Assembly: GCA_045587985.1 (NCBI GenBank)
Contig: JAZNDG010000058.1
Span: 1 to 59,365 of the forward strand
Reading direction: 5' to 3'
DNA from: Eubacteriales bacterium
GTDB lineage: Bacteria; Bacillota; Clostridia; Oscillospirales; CAG-272
DNA length: 59,365 nt
In this document: positions 16,190 through 24,750 of the stretch, in pieces
Layout: each line of letters opens with the position of its first letter
How positions within the stretch are numbered: the first letter of the stretch is position 1
Notes under the pieces: generated by a model
Databases searched by the model: none
Told to the model about the DNA's origin: nothing
What the model saw: the letters and a program-made list of their open reading frames with translations, nothing else
Program-made: the position numbers and the translations under genes

Positions 16190-16221
16190 TTTAGTTTGTC
16201 TGCTTATGCAGACAAACTAAA
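16190..16221. repeat. perfect 14-bp-stem palindrome TTTAGTTTGTCTGC-ttat-GCAGACAAACTAAA across the rumA2 stop codon
   Basis: Seen directly. The right arm encodes the conserved LVCL codons of rumA2. The left arm supplies the non-consensus tail HKQTN and the stop. Confidence 0.95.
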
Positions 16222-17555
16222 CTTTCAACGTGCCCTGTTCTCGGGAAAAGATCCACCGGTGTGACCTCCCCCGGGGTGAAGCCGTGGCCTGCAAGGTATG
16301 CGACATCCCGGGCGAGGGTGGCGGGATTGCAGGAGATATAGACGAGCCGCTTTGGAGAAAGGGCGGCAATGGTGTCAAGCAGGGCACTGTCGGCACCGGC
16401 TCTCGGCGGGTCAAGAAGGATCACGTCCGGCTTGGGCGCGCGGTGGCGCGCGAGGATCTCGGCGGTTCTTGCCGCATCTCCCACCTCAAAGACGGCATTG
16501 GTGATGCCTGCCCGCTCGGCGTTTTCCCTCGCACACTCGACCGCCTCGGGCACGATCTCGATCCCGAAAAGGCGGGAAGCGCTCTTGGCCATCGAAAGCC
16601 CGATGCTCCCGGCTCCGCAGTAGAGGTCAAGGAGGATCTCCTTTCCCGAGAGCGCGGCAAGGCGGGCGGCCTCGCCGTAAAGCAGCTCGGCCGCATCCCG
16701 GTTTACCTGATAAAAGGCGGCGGGGGCGATCTTAAGCTCCACCCCTGCGAGCGTATCGGTGATGGCGGCCCTGCCAAAGAGGGTGCGGTAGCGCTCTCCG
16801 AGGATCACGTTGGTATCCTTACCGTTGATGTTGAGCAAAATGCCCACCACCGCGGGGAAGCGCTCCTTTACGGTGGCAACCAGCGCCTCGGCGGCGGGGT
16901 ATGTATCGCGTGTTGTGACAAGGGTTAAGAGCACCTCGCGGCAATCGCGGGAGGCGCGCAGGTAGATGTGGCGCAAAAGCCCCGAGCCGTCCTCCTCGCA
17001 GTACGGGGGAACGTCAAAGGCCACGGCGTGAGCGCGCACCGCATCCAGGATCTCGCCAAAGAGCGGGGGCGTCAGGGGGCAGTGCGCCGCCTCGGTCACC
17101 TTATGGGTGCGGGGGGCGTAAAAGCCGATAAGGATCTCGCCGTCCTTCCCCCGCCGTACGGGGTACTGGGCCTTGTTGCGGTAGCCGAGGATCCTTCCTG
17201 CCGTCTTGACCTTGCCCACCGTGACCTCGACCCCCGCCTTGCGGAAGGCCGCCTCCACCGTGCGCCGCTTCAAGTCAAGCTCGTGCTCGTAGGTGACGGC
17301 GGTATAGGTGCATCCGCCGCAGCCGCGCACCGTGCAGTGAGGCGCCTCCACCCGATAGGGAGAGGGGGTCAAGACAGACACAAGGCGCCCGACCGAATAG
17401 TCGCGCGCCTCCTTGATGATGATGACCTCACACACGTCCCCATCCGCCGCGCCCGCAACGAAAACGACCTTGCCGTCGGGCGCACGCCCGACCCCAAAGC
17501 CGAGGTTGTTGATGTCGGTAACGGTGAGGGTGATTCTGGTGTTTTTTTGGGGCAT
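16191..17555 (-). CDS. 23S rRNA (uracil-5-)-methyltransferase RumA/RlmD-type with N-terminal TRAM domain
   Basis: ATG at 17553-17555 after AAGGAG (the track start 17711 overlaps the Dabb gene). TRAM-like N-terminus is ITLTVTDINNLGFGVGR. Cys cluster is CTVRGCGGCTY, SAM motif LLDLYCGAGSIGL, then DPPRAG. Confidence 0.9.
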   Translation of the reverse strand: MPQKNTRITLTVTDINNLGFGVGRAPDGKVVFVAGAADGDVCEVIIIKEARDYSVGRLVSVLTPSPYRVEAPHCTVRGCGGCTYTAVTYEHELDLKRRTVEAAFRKAGVEVTVGKVKTAGRILGYRNKAQYPVRRGKDGEILIGFYAPRTHKVTEAAHCPLTPPLFGEILDAVRAHAVAFDVPPYCEEDGSGLLRHIYLRASRDCREVLLTLVTTRDTYPAAEALVATVKERFPAVVGILLNINGKDTNVILGERYRTLFGRAAITDTLAGVELKIAPAAFYQVNRDAAELLYGEAARLAALSGKEILLDLYCGAGSIGLSMAKSASRLFGIEIVPEAVECARENAERAGITNAVFEVGDAARTAEILARHRAPKPDVILLDPPRAGADSALLDTIAALSPKRLVYISCNPATLARDVAYLAGHGFTPGEVTPVDLFPRTGHVESLVCLHKQTN

Positions 17556-17574
17556 AGCCTGCTCCTTGGGAAAA

Positions 17575-17880
17575 TTAAAGCTCAAAATCCACCGCTGCGC
17601 GGTTCTCGCGCAGAGGGCGCATAAAGGCACCGATGGCACGGTGGTCGGGGTGGTCGATGTAAGCAGCAAGGGTCGAGAGATTCTCGAAATCCGAAATGAG
17701 CAGAAGGTCACAGTTCGTGTCCTTTGCCCCCTCCGCGCCGATATAGACCTCCGAGTGCAGGATCTCGGGAATAAGGGCGGGCAGAGCGCGCAGGCGCTCG
17801 GCCGTCATTTTTACGTTTTCTTCCTTGGTGCGGCCGTCCGCCTCGGGAAGAAATTTAAACATCACAACGTGTCGTATCAT
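17575..17880 (-). CDS. Dabb-family stress-responsive alpha/beta-barrel protein
   Basis: 101 aa. MIRHVVMFKF...HSEVYIG...CDLLLISDFENLSTLAAYIDHPDH is typical of Dabb. Confidence 0.85.
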   Translation of the reverse strand: MIRHVVMFKFLPEADGRTKEENVKMTAERLRALPALIPEILHSEVYIGAEGAKDTNCDLLLISDFENLSTLAAYIDHPDHRAIGAFMRPLRENRAAVDFEL

Positions 17881-17895
17881 AAAAGACCTCGAATT

Positions 17896-19383
17896 TTATT
17901 TGCCGTGAAAGAGCTTTTTGGTCTGGTAACGCGGCTCGCAGGTCACGTTCAGCCCCAGCTTGTGTAAGGTTTTGTTGTCAATCTGGGCAAGGAGAACGGT
18001 CGAGTGCAGCTCACACCCGCGGAGCTTTGAAAGCTGGCGCATGGCCTGCTCGGCCGTCTTTGAGGAGAAGGCGCAGATCGAAAGCGCCACCAAGACCTCA
18101 TCGGTATGCAGACGGGGGTTGTGGTTGCCGAGGTGATTGACCTTCAGATCCTGAAGCGGCTCGATGATCTCGGGCGGGATGAGAAGCGTATCGTCCGGGA
18201 TATCGCCAAGCGCCTTTAAGGCGTTCAGAAGGAGCGCGGCAGAGGCGCCGAGCAGGGAGGAGGTCTTGCCGGTGATGATCCGTCCGTCCGGCAGCTCAAG
18301 CGCGGCGGCGGGGGCGCCGGTTTCCTCGGCCCGTGCAAGCGCCGCGGCGATCACCGGGCGGTCGGTAGCCGAAAGGCCGGCCTGGTTGAGGATCAGCTCA
18401 AGCTTCCTGACCGTGCTCTCCTCCCCCGTTCCCTCGCGCTGGGCGCACAGGGCGGCGTAATAACGGCGGACGATCTCCTGGCGTGCGGCGGCCGTGACCG
18501 CCTCATCGTCCACAATACAGTTGCCCGCCATATTCACGCCCATATCGGTGGGCGACTTGTAGGGCGATTCCCCGTACATCTTCTGGAAGGTGGCCTGCAG
18601 GACCGGGAAGATCTCCACGTCACGGTTGTAGTTGACGGTGGTCGCGCCGTATGCTTCAAGATGAAAGGGGTCGATCATGTTCATGTCATTGAGATCGGCC
18701 GTGGCCGCCTCGTACGCCATGTTGACGGCGTGGCGCAGGGGCAGATTCCAGACCGGGAAGGTCTCGAACTTGGCGTACCCGGCCTTGATGCCGCGCTTAT
18801 TCTCATGATAGAGCTGGGAAAGGCAAACGGCCATCTTGCCGCTGCCGGGGCCGGGGGCGGTCACCACCACCAGGCGGCGGGAGGTTTCAATATACTCGTT
18901 CTTGCCGTAGCCCTCATCACTCACGATCCGCTCGACTGCGGAGGGATAGCCCTCGATCGGGTAATGGCGATAGACGCGCAGGCCGAGCCCCTCCAGCTTC
19001 TTTTCAAAGGCAACGGCGGCCGCCTGCCCCGCATAGCGGGTAAGCACCACGCTCCCAACGTAAAGCCCAACACCGCGGAAAAGGTCGATAAGGCGCAATA
19101 CGTCAAGGTCATAGGTGATCCCAAGGTCGCCTCTTACCTTATTCTTCTCAATATCGCCCGCATTGATGACGATGATGATCTCGGCCTCCCGCTTCAGCTG
19201 CAGGAGCATTTGCAGTTTGCTGTCGGGCTTGAAGCCGGGGAGCACGCGTGCTGCGTGATAGTCGTCAAAGAGCTTACCGCCGAATTCGAGGTACAGCTTG
19301 CCCCCGAAGGCATCGATCCTTCTGCGGATCTGCTCGGATTGCATGGAGAGATAGAGGTCATTGTCAAAGCCGATTTTTTTCAT
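17896..19383 (-). CDS. DUF1846 (UPF0371) family protein
   Basis: 495 aa. The N-terminus MKKIGFDNDLYLSMQSEQIRRRIDAFGGKLYLEFGGKLFDDYHAARVLPGFKPDSKLQML matches my memory of UPF0371. Confidence 0.85.
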   Translation of the reverse strand: MKKIGFDNDLYLSMQSEQIRRRIDAFGGKLYLEFGGKLFDDYHAARVLPGFKPDSKLQMLLQLKREAEIIIVINAGDIEKNKVRGDLGITYDLDVLRLIDLFRGVGLYVGSVVLTRYAGQAAAVAFEKKLEGLGLRVYRHYPIEGYPSAVERIVSDEGYGKNEYIETSRRLVVVTAPGPGSGKMAVCLSQLYHENKRGIKAGYAKFETFPVWNLPLRHAVNMAYEAATADLNDMNMIDPFHLEAYGATTVNYNRDVEIFPVLQATFQKMYGESPYKSPTDMGVNMAGNCIVDDEAVTAAARQEIVRRYYAALCAQREGTGEESTVRKLELILNQAGLSATDRPVIAAALARAEETGAPAAALELPDGRIITGKTSSLLGASAALLLNALKALGDIPDDTLLIPPEIIEPLQDLKVNHLGNHNPRLHTDEVLVALSICAFSSKTAEQAMRQLSKLRGCELHSTVLLAQIDNKTLHKLGLNVTCEPRYQTKKLFHGK

Positions 19384-19554
19384 CGCTGCTCCTTGCCGTT
19401 CGTCATGTGCGCGTGCGAACGCATAAAAGTTTTAATAACAAGTACAAGTATAGCAAAAGCCGCACGAAAAAACAAGAGCAAAAACGAAAAATGCTTGCTT
19501 TAAATTTGTCTTTGTGCAATCATCCCTCAAAGAGGGTCTTGAAAAAACGCCACG

Positions 19555-19581
19555 AAAAAAGGGGCGCATCGCCCCATTTTT
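19555..19581 (-). terminator. rho-independent terminator (bidirectional shape)
   Basis: A-run, GGGGCG-cat-CGCCCC, T-run, located 5 nt downstream of the stop at 19586. Confidence 0.7.
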
Positions 19582-19585
19582 CGGT

Positions 19586-20713
19586 TTAAAGAACGGTAAT
19601 ATCGCGGGATTCAAGGGCGGAAAGCCCCACGCGCAGGGCCTGCGCCACTGCCGCGCGCTCGTCAAGATTATGCGAATCCAGCCGCGGCCGCAGGGTTCTG
19701 TACAGCTCTCCGCGTACCGACATATCCTTTTCAAACTCCTCGGCGTTCAGGATCGGCAGGGTGCGATCGACAAACTCAAGGCTGTAAAGCGAGAAGAGCT
19801 TGCTCTCCTCGGGTGAATGGCGGAGCATGACAGTGGGGTACAGCTCGCCCTCAAGGATCACACGCAACGAGGTATCCTCCGAAAAGCCGTGCTCGGTGAT
19901 AAGCCCCTGCAGGCGGTCGAGCACCTCGCTCATCTCATACACCCCCGTAATGTCCATCACCACCGTTTCGAAATGGTGGCGGGAAAGCGGGACAAAGCGA
20001 ACGTCCACCGTGCGCGCATCCCCCTCTACGGTAATGTCGATCCTGCGGAAGCCGCCGATGCCGAGCTCCTCAAAGCTGCGCCCCTCAAGGAAGCCGCCGT
20101 GACAGTAGCGGGTGCGCCCCGCCGTCTTGACCTCGGTGGCCGCCCCGTGCGAAAAGCCGGCGTAATCGGCACCGAAGGAGGCGATCTCCTCGGGCGTTGC
20201 GCGCGCAAAGAGGGTGCGCACGCCGATATCGCAGCAGCCGGTCAGAAGATTGATACGGTCGGGGTCTGCCACCGTAGCGCCCGAAAGGGGCGAAACGCCG
20301 CTTCTCTGACCGAGAATGGCCCAGCCGTACACCGAGAGCGAAAGATCGTCAAAATCAAAGCGCTCAAGCGCATCACTTTCAAAGACCGATACATTTGACG
20401 GTAAGCGCCCCGAGGCATAAAGCGAGTCGGGCGCGTAGGGATCCTGATCGCCGGGGGCGATCACAAAGCGGCAGGAGGCTTCACCAAGCCGCTTGATAAG
20501 GTGATGGGCATCATCACTCGTTAGGTAACGCCCCGCAAGGTTGCCCGAAAAGAGAACGATGTCGATCTTCTCCTCCTCAATGTACGAAAAAAGCGAGTCA
20601 AAGACCTCGGGAAAGCGCAGATAGCGCTCACGGCATAAGGGAAGCGGCAGACCGGTGTACGGATTGCCGAGCGCCACGTTTGCCACGTGCAGGGCACGCA
20701 CGCTTTTTGCCAT
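19586..20713 (-). CDS. SbcD/YhaO-like metallophosphoesterase homologue with degenerate metal-ligand motifs
   Basis: ATG at 20711-20713 after AAAGGAGGGG. The fold-typical blocks are present but altered. LHVANVALG replaces xSDxHxG, LFSGNLAG replaces GDL, and IAPGDQD replaces GNHD. Confidence 0.6.
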   Translation of the reverse strand: MAKSVRALHVANVALGNPYTGLPLPLCRERYLRFPEVFDSLFSYIEEEKIDIVLFSGNLAGRYLTSDDAHHLIKRLGEASCRFVIAPGDQDPYAPDSLYASGRLPSNVSVFESDALERFDFDDLSLSVYGWAILGQRSGVSPLSGATVADPDRINLLTGCCDIGVRTLFARATPEEIASFGADYAGFSHGAATEVKTAGRTRYCHGGFLEGRSFEELGIGGFRRIDITVEGDARTVDVRFVPLSRHHFETVVMDITGVYEMSEVLDRLQGLITEHGFSEDTSLRVILEGELYPTVMLRHSPEESKLFSLYSLEFVDRTLPILNAEEFEKDMSVRGELYRTLRPRLDSHNLDERAAVAQALRVGLSALESRDITVL

Positions 20714-20866
20714 GATATCCCCTCCTTTTCGGTCGTTTTTACCATTATAGCATAAAAGAAGCGGGGAAGCAACACCCGCGCCGAAAATAATCTTGAGCAC
20801 CCATCCTCTTGATTTGCGCTTTAAGGTATGCTACAATAAAAGAAAAAGCCATGTGGGAGGCACCCT

Positions 20867-22336
20867 ATGCTGGCACTTGCAAAGCGATATACGAATAAGC
20901 TGATCCGCGCAGTCGCCAAGGGCGGCGTGCGGCTTGGCCGTTTTTTTACACCGATCGCGGTGGCAAGCGAGCTTTCCTCTCTACTGCCGCCCTCTTTTTG
21001 TGAGGAGGTGCGGATTTTGGATGTCGGTGCCGGCACGGGCATCCTCTCGGCGGCAGCTGTCGAATCGCTCTCAAAGCAGGGGGGCGTGCGCCGCATTGTC
21101 TTGGATGCATATGAGAAAGACGAGCGGATGATCGGAACACTCACCGAGGTGCTTGAGCGCATCCGCCGCCGTGCACGCCACGACTATGGGGTGCGCCTCC
21201 TTTATACCGTCCATACCGAGGATTTCCTTGCGGATGCCAAGGGGCTTGCCGAGCCGAGCGATGCAAAAAGGTACGACCTTGTCCTTCTTGCCCCGCCCGA
21301 GGGCGTGCCTGCGAAGGGCAGTACGGCCGAGGCCTTTGGCCGCCGCGTGCAGCCCACCGCTACCGATACGGCCCTCCTCTTTGCAGAGGCGGCGGCCGCC
21401 CGCCTTGCCGAGGACGGGGTGATGGCGGCGGTCCTTCCGCTTTCCTTTGCCGACAGTGTCAGTGCCGCCCCCCTCCGCGTCCGCCTTTTCGCCCGCGCGC
21501 CGCTTTTCGCCCTCGGGCTTGATTTCGGCGCGCGCGGTACCCGTCCCGACAAGACCATGCTCTGTCTTTTCCGCTATGGGGAGGAGCCACCCGCGCTTTC
21601 GGTCCGCATCGCAAGTGATGGGGGGGCAAGAGAGCTTACCATTCCCTATCAAGTGGCGGTTTTTTCGGATGAATGTAAAGTTTTGCTTGCAAAAACGAGC
21701 GAAGATGTTGCGCTTGTGCGTGCCATGAATTCCTTTCCCCTGCGTCTTTCGGATCTTGGGCTTTGCGTGCATACCGGCCTTACGATCGAGGCGCGCTATC
21801 CCGAATGCAAAAGAGCCTCGCGTGCCGATGGGGCCGTGCCCCTTCTCCATCCCGCAGGGCTTGTGGATGGGCAGATCGTCTTTCCGCCCGCAGGGAGGGA
21901 AAAGCCCTTCATTGTGCCCCGCATCCCCTCGCTTTCTTCCCCGAACCGTACAGCAGTGCTGATCAAGCGCGTGCCGACAAAGCGTGACGGCCGCCACCTT
22001 GTGGTGGGCGTGTATTTCTCGGGGCAGCTGCCGCATGACCGCTATATCTCCACCGACAATAAGCTGAACGTGATCGAGGGTGAGGGAGAGGAAATGTCGG
22101 CCGAGCTTGCATCCGGTCTTGCCGCCGTCCTCTCCTCCTCCTACTATGAGCGCTACTGTGCGCTCACGGGGGCGCTCAAGCGGGTGAATGCCACGGCGCT
22201 TGCCGCCCTCCCTCTTCCCGAGCGTGACGAGATCATCGGCATCGGTCGGCGGCTTGCGGTCGGGCGGAGCTATTCGCTCCGTGTGACCGATAAGGTCGCC
22301 TCCTCCGCCCTCTCGCATTATTTTGTATTAAATTAA
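20867..22336 (+). CDS. Eco57I/TaqI-like N6-adenine DNA methyltransferase homologue, motif IV degenerate (APPE)
   Basis: GRFFTP (motif X), ILDVGAGTGILS (motif I) and YDLVLLAPPEGV where the family has NPPY (codons at 21290-21301). The C-terminal region resembles the TaqI-like specificity domain (..VNATALAALPLP). RBS is GGGAGG. Composition is like the host. Confidence 0.6.
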   Translation: MLALAKRYTNKLIRAVAKGGVRLGRFFTPIAVASELSSLLPPSFCEEVRILDVGAGTGILSAAAVESLSKQGGVRRIVLDAYEKDERMIGTLTEVLERIRRRARHDYGVRLLYTVHTEDFLADAKGLAEPSDAKRYDLVLLAPPEGVPAKGSTAEAFGRRVQPTATDTALLFAEAAAARLAEDGVMAAVLPLSFADSVSAAPLRVRLFARAPLFALGLDFGARGTRPDKTMLCLFRYGEEPPALSVRIASDGGARELTIPYQVAVFSDECKVLLAKTSEDVALVRAMNSFPLRLSDLGLCVHTGLTIEARYPECKRASRADGAVPLLHPAGLVDGQIVFPPAGREKPFIVPRIPSLSSPNRTAVLIKRVPTKRDGRHLVVGVYFSGQLPHDRYISTDNKLNVIEGEGEEMSAELASGLAAVLSSSYYERYCALTGALKRVNATALAALPLPERDEIIGIGRRLAVGRSYSLRVTDKVASSALSHYFVLN

Positions 22337-22354
22337 AAATATTTTGGAAACCTC

Positions 22355-22383
22355 TTGCATTTTTCTTTTGAATATGCTATACT
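22355..22383 (+). promoter_or_regulatory. promoter of secG
   Basis: TTGCAT (22355-22360), 17-nt spacer, TATACT (22378-22383). Confidence 0.55.
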
Positions 22384-22439
22384 AAATCGCACTTATAGCA
22401 GAAAAGGCGTACCTGCCTGTCGATAGAAAGGATAAAATT

Positions 22440-22685
22440 ATGGATGTTCTCACTTATGTTCTGATCGCACTTCTGATCCTCACGGGGGTCTTTGTTGTGG
22501 CTGCTGTTCTTATGCAGCAGGGCAAATCCAAGGGCGGTCTTTCGGGCACCATCGTGGGCGGCACCGAAACCTTTTACGGGAAGGATAAGAGCATGGCGCG
22601 TGACGGGCTGCTTTCGCGCATCACCACCATTGCGGCGATCGTCTTTGTCCTTCTGGCGCTTGTGGTCTATATCATTCAGCCTTGA
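22440..22685 (+). CDS. secG: preprotein translocase subunit SecG
   Basis: 81 aa with two TM segments flanking LMQQGKSKGGLSGTIVGG. Confidence 0.9.
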   Translation: MDVLTYVLIALLILTGVFVVAAVLMQQGKSKGGLSGTIVGGTETFYGKDKSMARDGLLSRITTIAAIVFVLLALVVYIIQP

Positions 22686-22698
22686 TCCATGGCCGAGA

Positions 22699-22730
22699 GA
22701 ACCCCTCCCACATCGGGAGGGGTTCTTTGT
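22699..22730 (+). terminator. rho-independent terminator after secG
   Basis: GAACCCCTCCC-acatc-GGGAGGGGTTC followed by TTTGT. Confidence 0.7.
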
Positions 22731-24737
22731 ATGAGAAGAGTAAAGAAAAGAAACAATGAAGGTATGAAGAAGAAGGTATATAAACGAAAAAGAGATCGGC
22801 TTGCCCGCCGCCCCTCCTCGGTGGGCGCCGCAAGAAAAAAGCCACGTTCCCTCTCGGCTCCTGAGGCCGAGGGTATCCTGATCGGCAGCCGCCGCGGCTT
22901 TGGCTTTGTCCGTCTTGGTGAGGGGGAGCCGGATGTGTTTATTCCGCCCCGGGGGATGCGCGGCGCGCGGGATGGCGATGCCGTCCGCATCGCCCTTCAC
23001 CGCACGGGTGAGCGCCCCGAGGGCGAGGTGGTTGGGATCCTCACCCGCGCCAGCGAAACGGTGATCGGGGAGGTGGTGCGGGATTCTGCGCTCGGCTTAT
23101 CTCCGCACGGAGATGTTTATCTTTTGCCCGATTCCCCAAGGCTTCCCGCCTATCCTCTCTCGCTCCGTGAGCGTACACACCTTGGTGAAAAGGTGGAGAT
23201 CGGCTTCGGGGATAGGGGGTACGCCCGCATCCTCCGCTCGTTCGGAAAAGCGACCTCGCGTACCGCCAACTACCGTGCCATCCTTGCCGAGTGCGCGATT
23301 CCGACCGAGTTCTCCCCCGATGCTCTTCACGAGGCCGAAAAAATGGCGGCAGAGCCGCTCTCGGAGGAGGGCAGAAGACGGCATAGGGGTGCCGTTTTGA
23401 CGATCGACTCGGAGCGCGCCAAGGATCTTGACGATGCCATCTCGGTGAAGAGGACGAAGGACGGCTATGTGTTCTTTGTCCATATTGCGGATGTGTCGCA
23501 TTATGTCCGCCCCTTTACCTCCCTTGATGCCGCCGCCCACGAAAGAGGCAACAGCGTCTATTTTGCCGATCGCGTGGTGCCCATGCTTCCCGAGGCCCTC
23601 TCAAACGGTGCCTGCTCGTTGGGCGAGGGCGAGGATAAATACACCCTCACCGCCGAGATCACGCTGGGGGAGGATGGGAGCATACAAAAAACACTCCTTT
23701 ATAAAAGCATCATAAGAAGCGCTGTGCGCGGTGTCTATTCGGAGGTGAATTCGCTCTTTTCGGAGGGGGAGGCTTCTCCCTTCTACCCGAAATATAAGAG
23801 GGTGTATGCTGCCCTTTCCGAGATGCGCGCGCTTTACCGCATCCTTGCCGAGAAAAACCGCGCCCGCGGCGTTCTTGAGCTTGAATCGCCCGAGCCGATC
23901 ATCACGCTTGATGAGGACGGAGAGCCCACCGATATCGTGCGGGCCGAGCGGGGCGAGGCCGAAAGGCTGATTGAGGCCTTTATGCTCACGGCCAACAGGG
24001 CGGTGGCCGAGGAGCTTTCCCGCCGCAGCATTCCTTGCGTTTTCAGAATACACGAGCCGCCACCGCCCGAAAAGTACGTGGCCCTTACCGAATACCTCGT
24101 GTCCCTCTCGCTCACACCCCCTTGGAAAAGAGGAGAGGCTCCCACAGCGCTCGCCCTTTCGCATCTTCTTGCGGTGGCCGAGGAAAAGGGGCTTTCGCTC
24201 CCGGTTTCCTTAAATGTCCTTCGCAGCATGGCAAAGGCCCGGTATGAGGCGGCATCCTCTCCCCACTTTGGGCTTGCCCTGACACACTATTGCCACTTTA
24301 CCTCGCCCATTCGCCGCCTTTCCGATCTTGTGACTCACCGCATCATCAAGGCGGTGCTGATAGACGGTGCCGCCCCCTCGAAATACCGTGCCATGGCAAA
24401 GCGCGCCGCCGATGCCGCAACAAACGGCGAGATCCGTGCCCTTATGGCAGAAAGACGGATCGAGGCGCTCTATAAGACCCTCTATATGCAAAAGCATATC
24501 GGGGAGCGTTACAGCGGCATCATCACATCCGTCACCCCCCACGGCTTTTACGTGGAGCTCCAAAATACCTGTGAGGGCCTCGTCCCCCTCTCTCTCCTTG
24601 ACGGCGACTACACCTATGACGAGCGCCGCCGTACGCTTTTTTGCGCCGCCACCGTCTTTGCAGTGGGGGATCAAGTGGAAATAGAGGTGAAGGGGGTTGA
24701 AATTTCGGTCGGAAAAATCACCTTCTCGCTTGCATAA
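22731..24737 (+). CDS. rnr: ribonuclease R
   Basis: Basic N-terminus, RNB-domain motif AKDLDDAISV, and C-terminal S1 domain YSGIITSVTPHGFYVELQNTCEGLVPLS. The start is uncertain (22731 or 22764). The track start 22689 lies inside the secG terminator. Confidence 0.9.
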   Translation: MRRVKKRNNEGMKKKVYKRKRDRLARRPSSVGAARKKPRSLSAPEAEGILIGSRRGFGFVRLGEGEPDVFIPPRGMRGARDGDAVRIALHRTGERPEGEVVGILTRASETVIGEVVRDSALGLSPHGDVYLLPDSPRLPAYPLSLRERTHLGEKVEIGFGDRGYARILRSFGKATSRTANYRAILAECAIPTEFSPDALHEAEKMAAEPLSEEGRRRHRGAVLTIDSERAKDLDDAISVKRTKDGYVFFVHIADVSHYVRPFTSLDAAAHERGNSVYFADRVVPMLPEALSNGACSLGEGEDKYTLTAEITLGEDGSIQKTLLYKSIIRSAVRGVYSEVNSLFSEGEASPFYPKYKRVYAALSEMRALYRILAEKNRARGVLELESPEPIITLDEDGEPTDIVRAERGEAERLIEAFMLTANRAVAEELSRRSIPCVFRIHEPPPPEKYVALTEYLVSLSLTPPWKRGEAPTALALSHLLAVAEEKGLSLPVSLNVLRSMAKARYEAASSPHFGLALTHYCHFTSPIRRLSDLVTHRIIKAVLIDGAAPSKYRAMAKRAADAATNGEIRALMAERRIEALYKTLYMQKHIGERYSGIITSVTPHGFYVELQNTCEGLVPLSLLDGDYTYDERRRTLFCAATVFAVGDQVEIEVKGVEISVGKITFSLA

Positions 24738-24750
24738 ATCGCGCGAAGCT

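Noticed and set aside
16191-17711. 5'-extended versions of many track ORFs. Examples: 16191..17711, 922..1635, 2672..4114, 29098..30078, 31252..31968, 37234..39336, 15562..16086, 47048..49048, 50729..51535, 51438..53300, 53852..55225, 55385..56611.
   Set aside because: The extensions overlap neighbouring genes or terminators and lack an RBS. Internal starts with good Shine-Dalgarno sequences give N-termini typical of the families. Several track starts are TTG/GTG rather than ATG.
21071-22318. Long antisense ORFs in the track, each opposite a well-supported gene. Examples: 21071..22318 (-), 25602..26783 (+), 27056..28333 (+), 32022..33443 (+), 49045..51069 (-), 45376..46296 (-), 57449..58375 (-).
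   Set aside because: These are typical shadow ORFs of GC-rich DNA. They have low-complexity R/G/A/P-rich translations and no recognisable motifs. The opposite strand carries clear family signatures.
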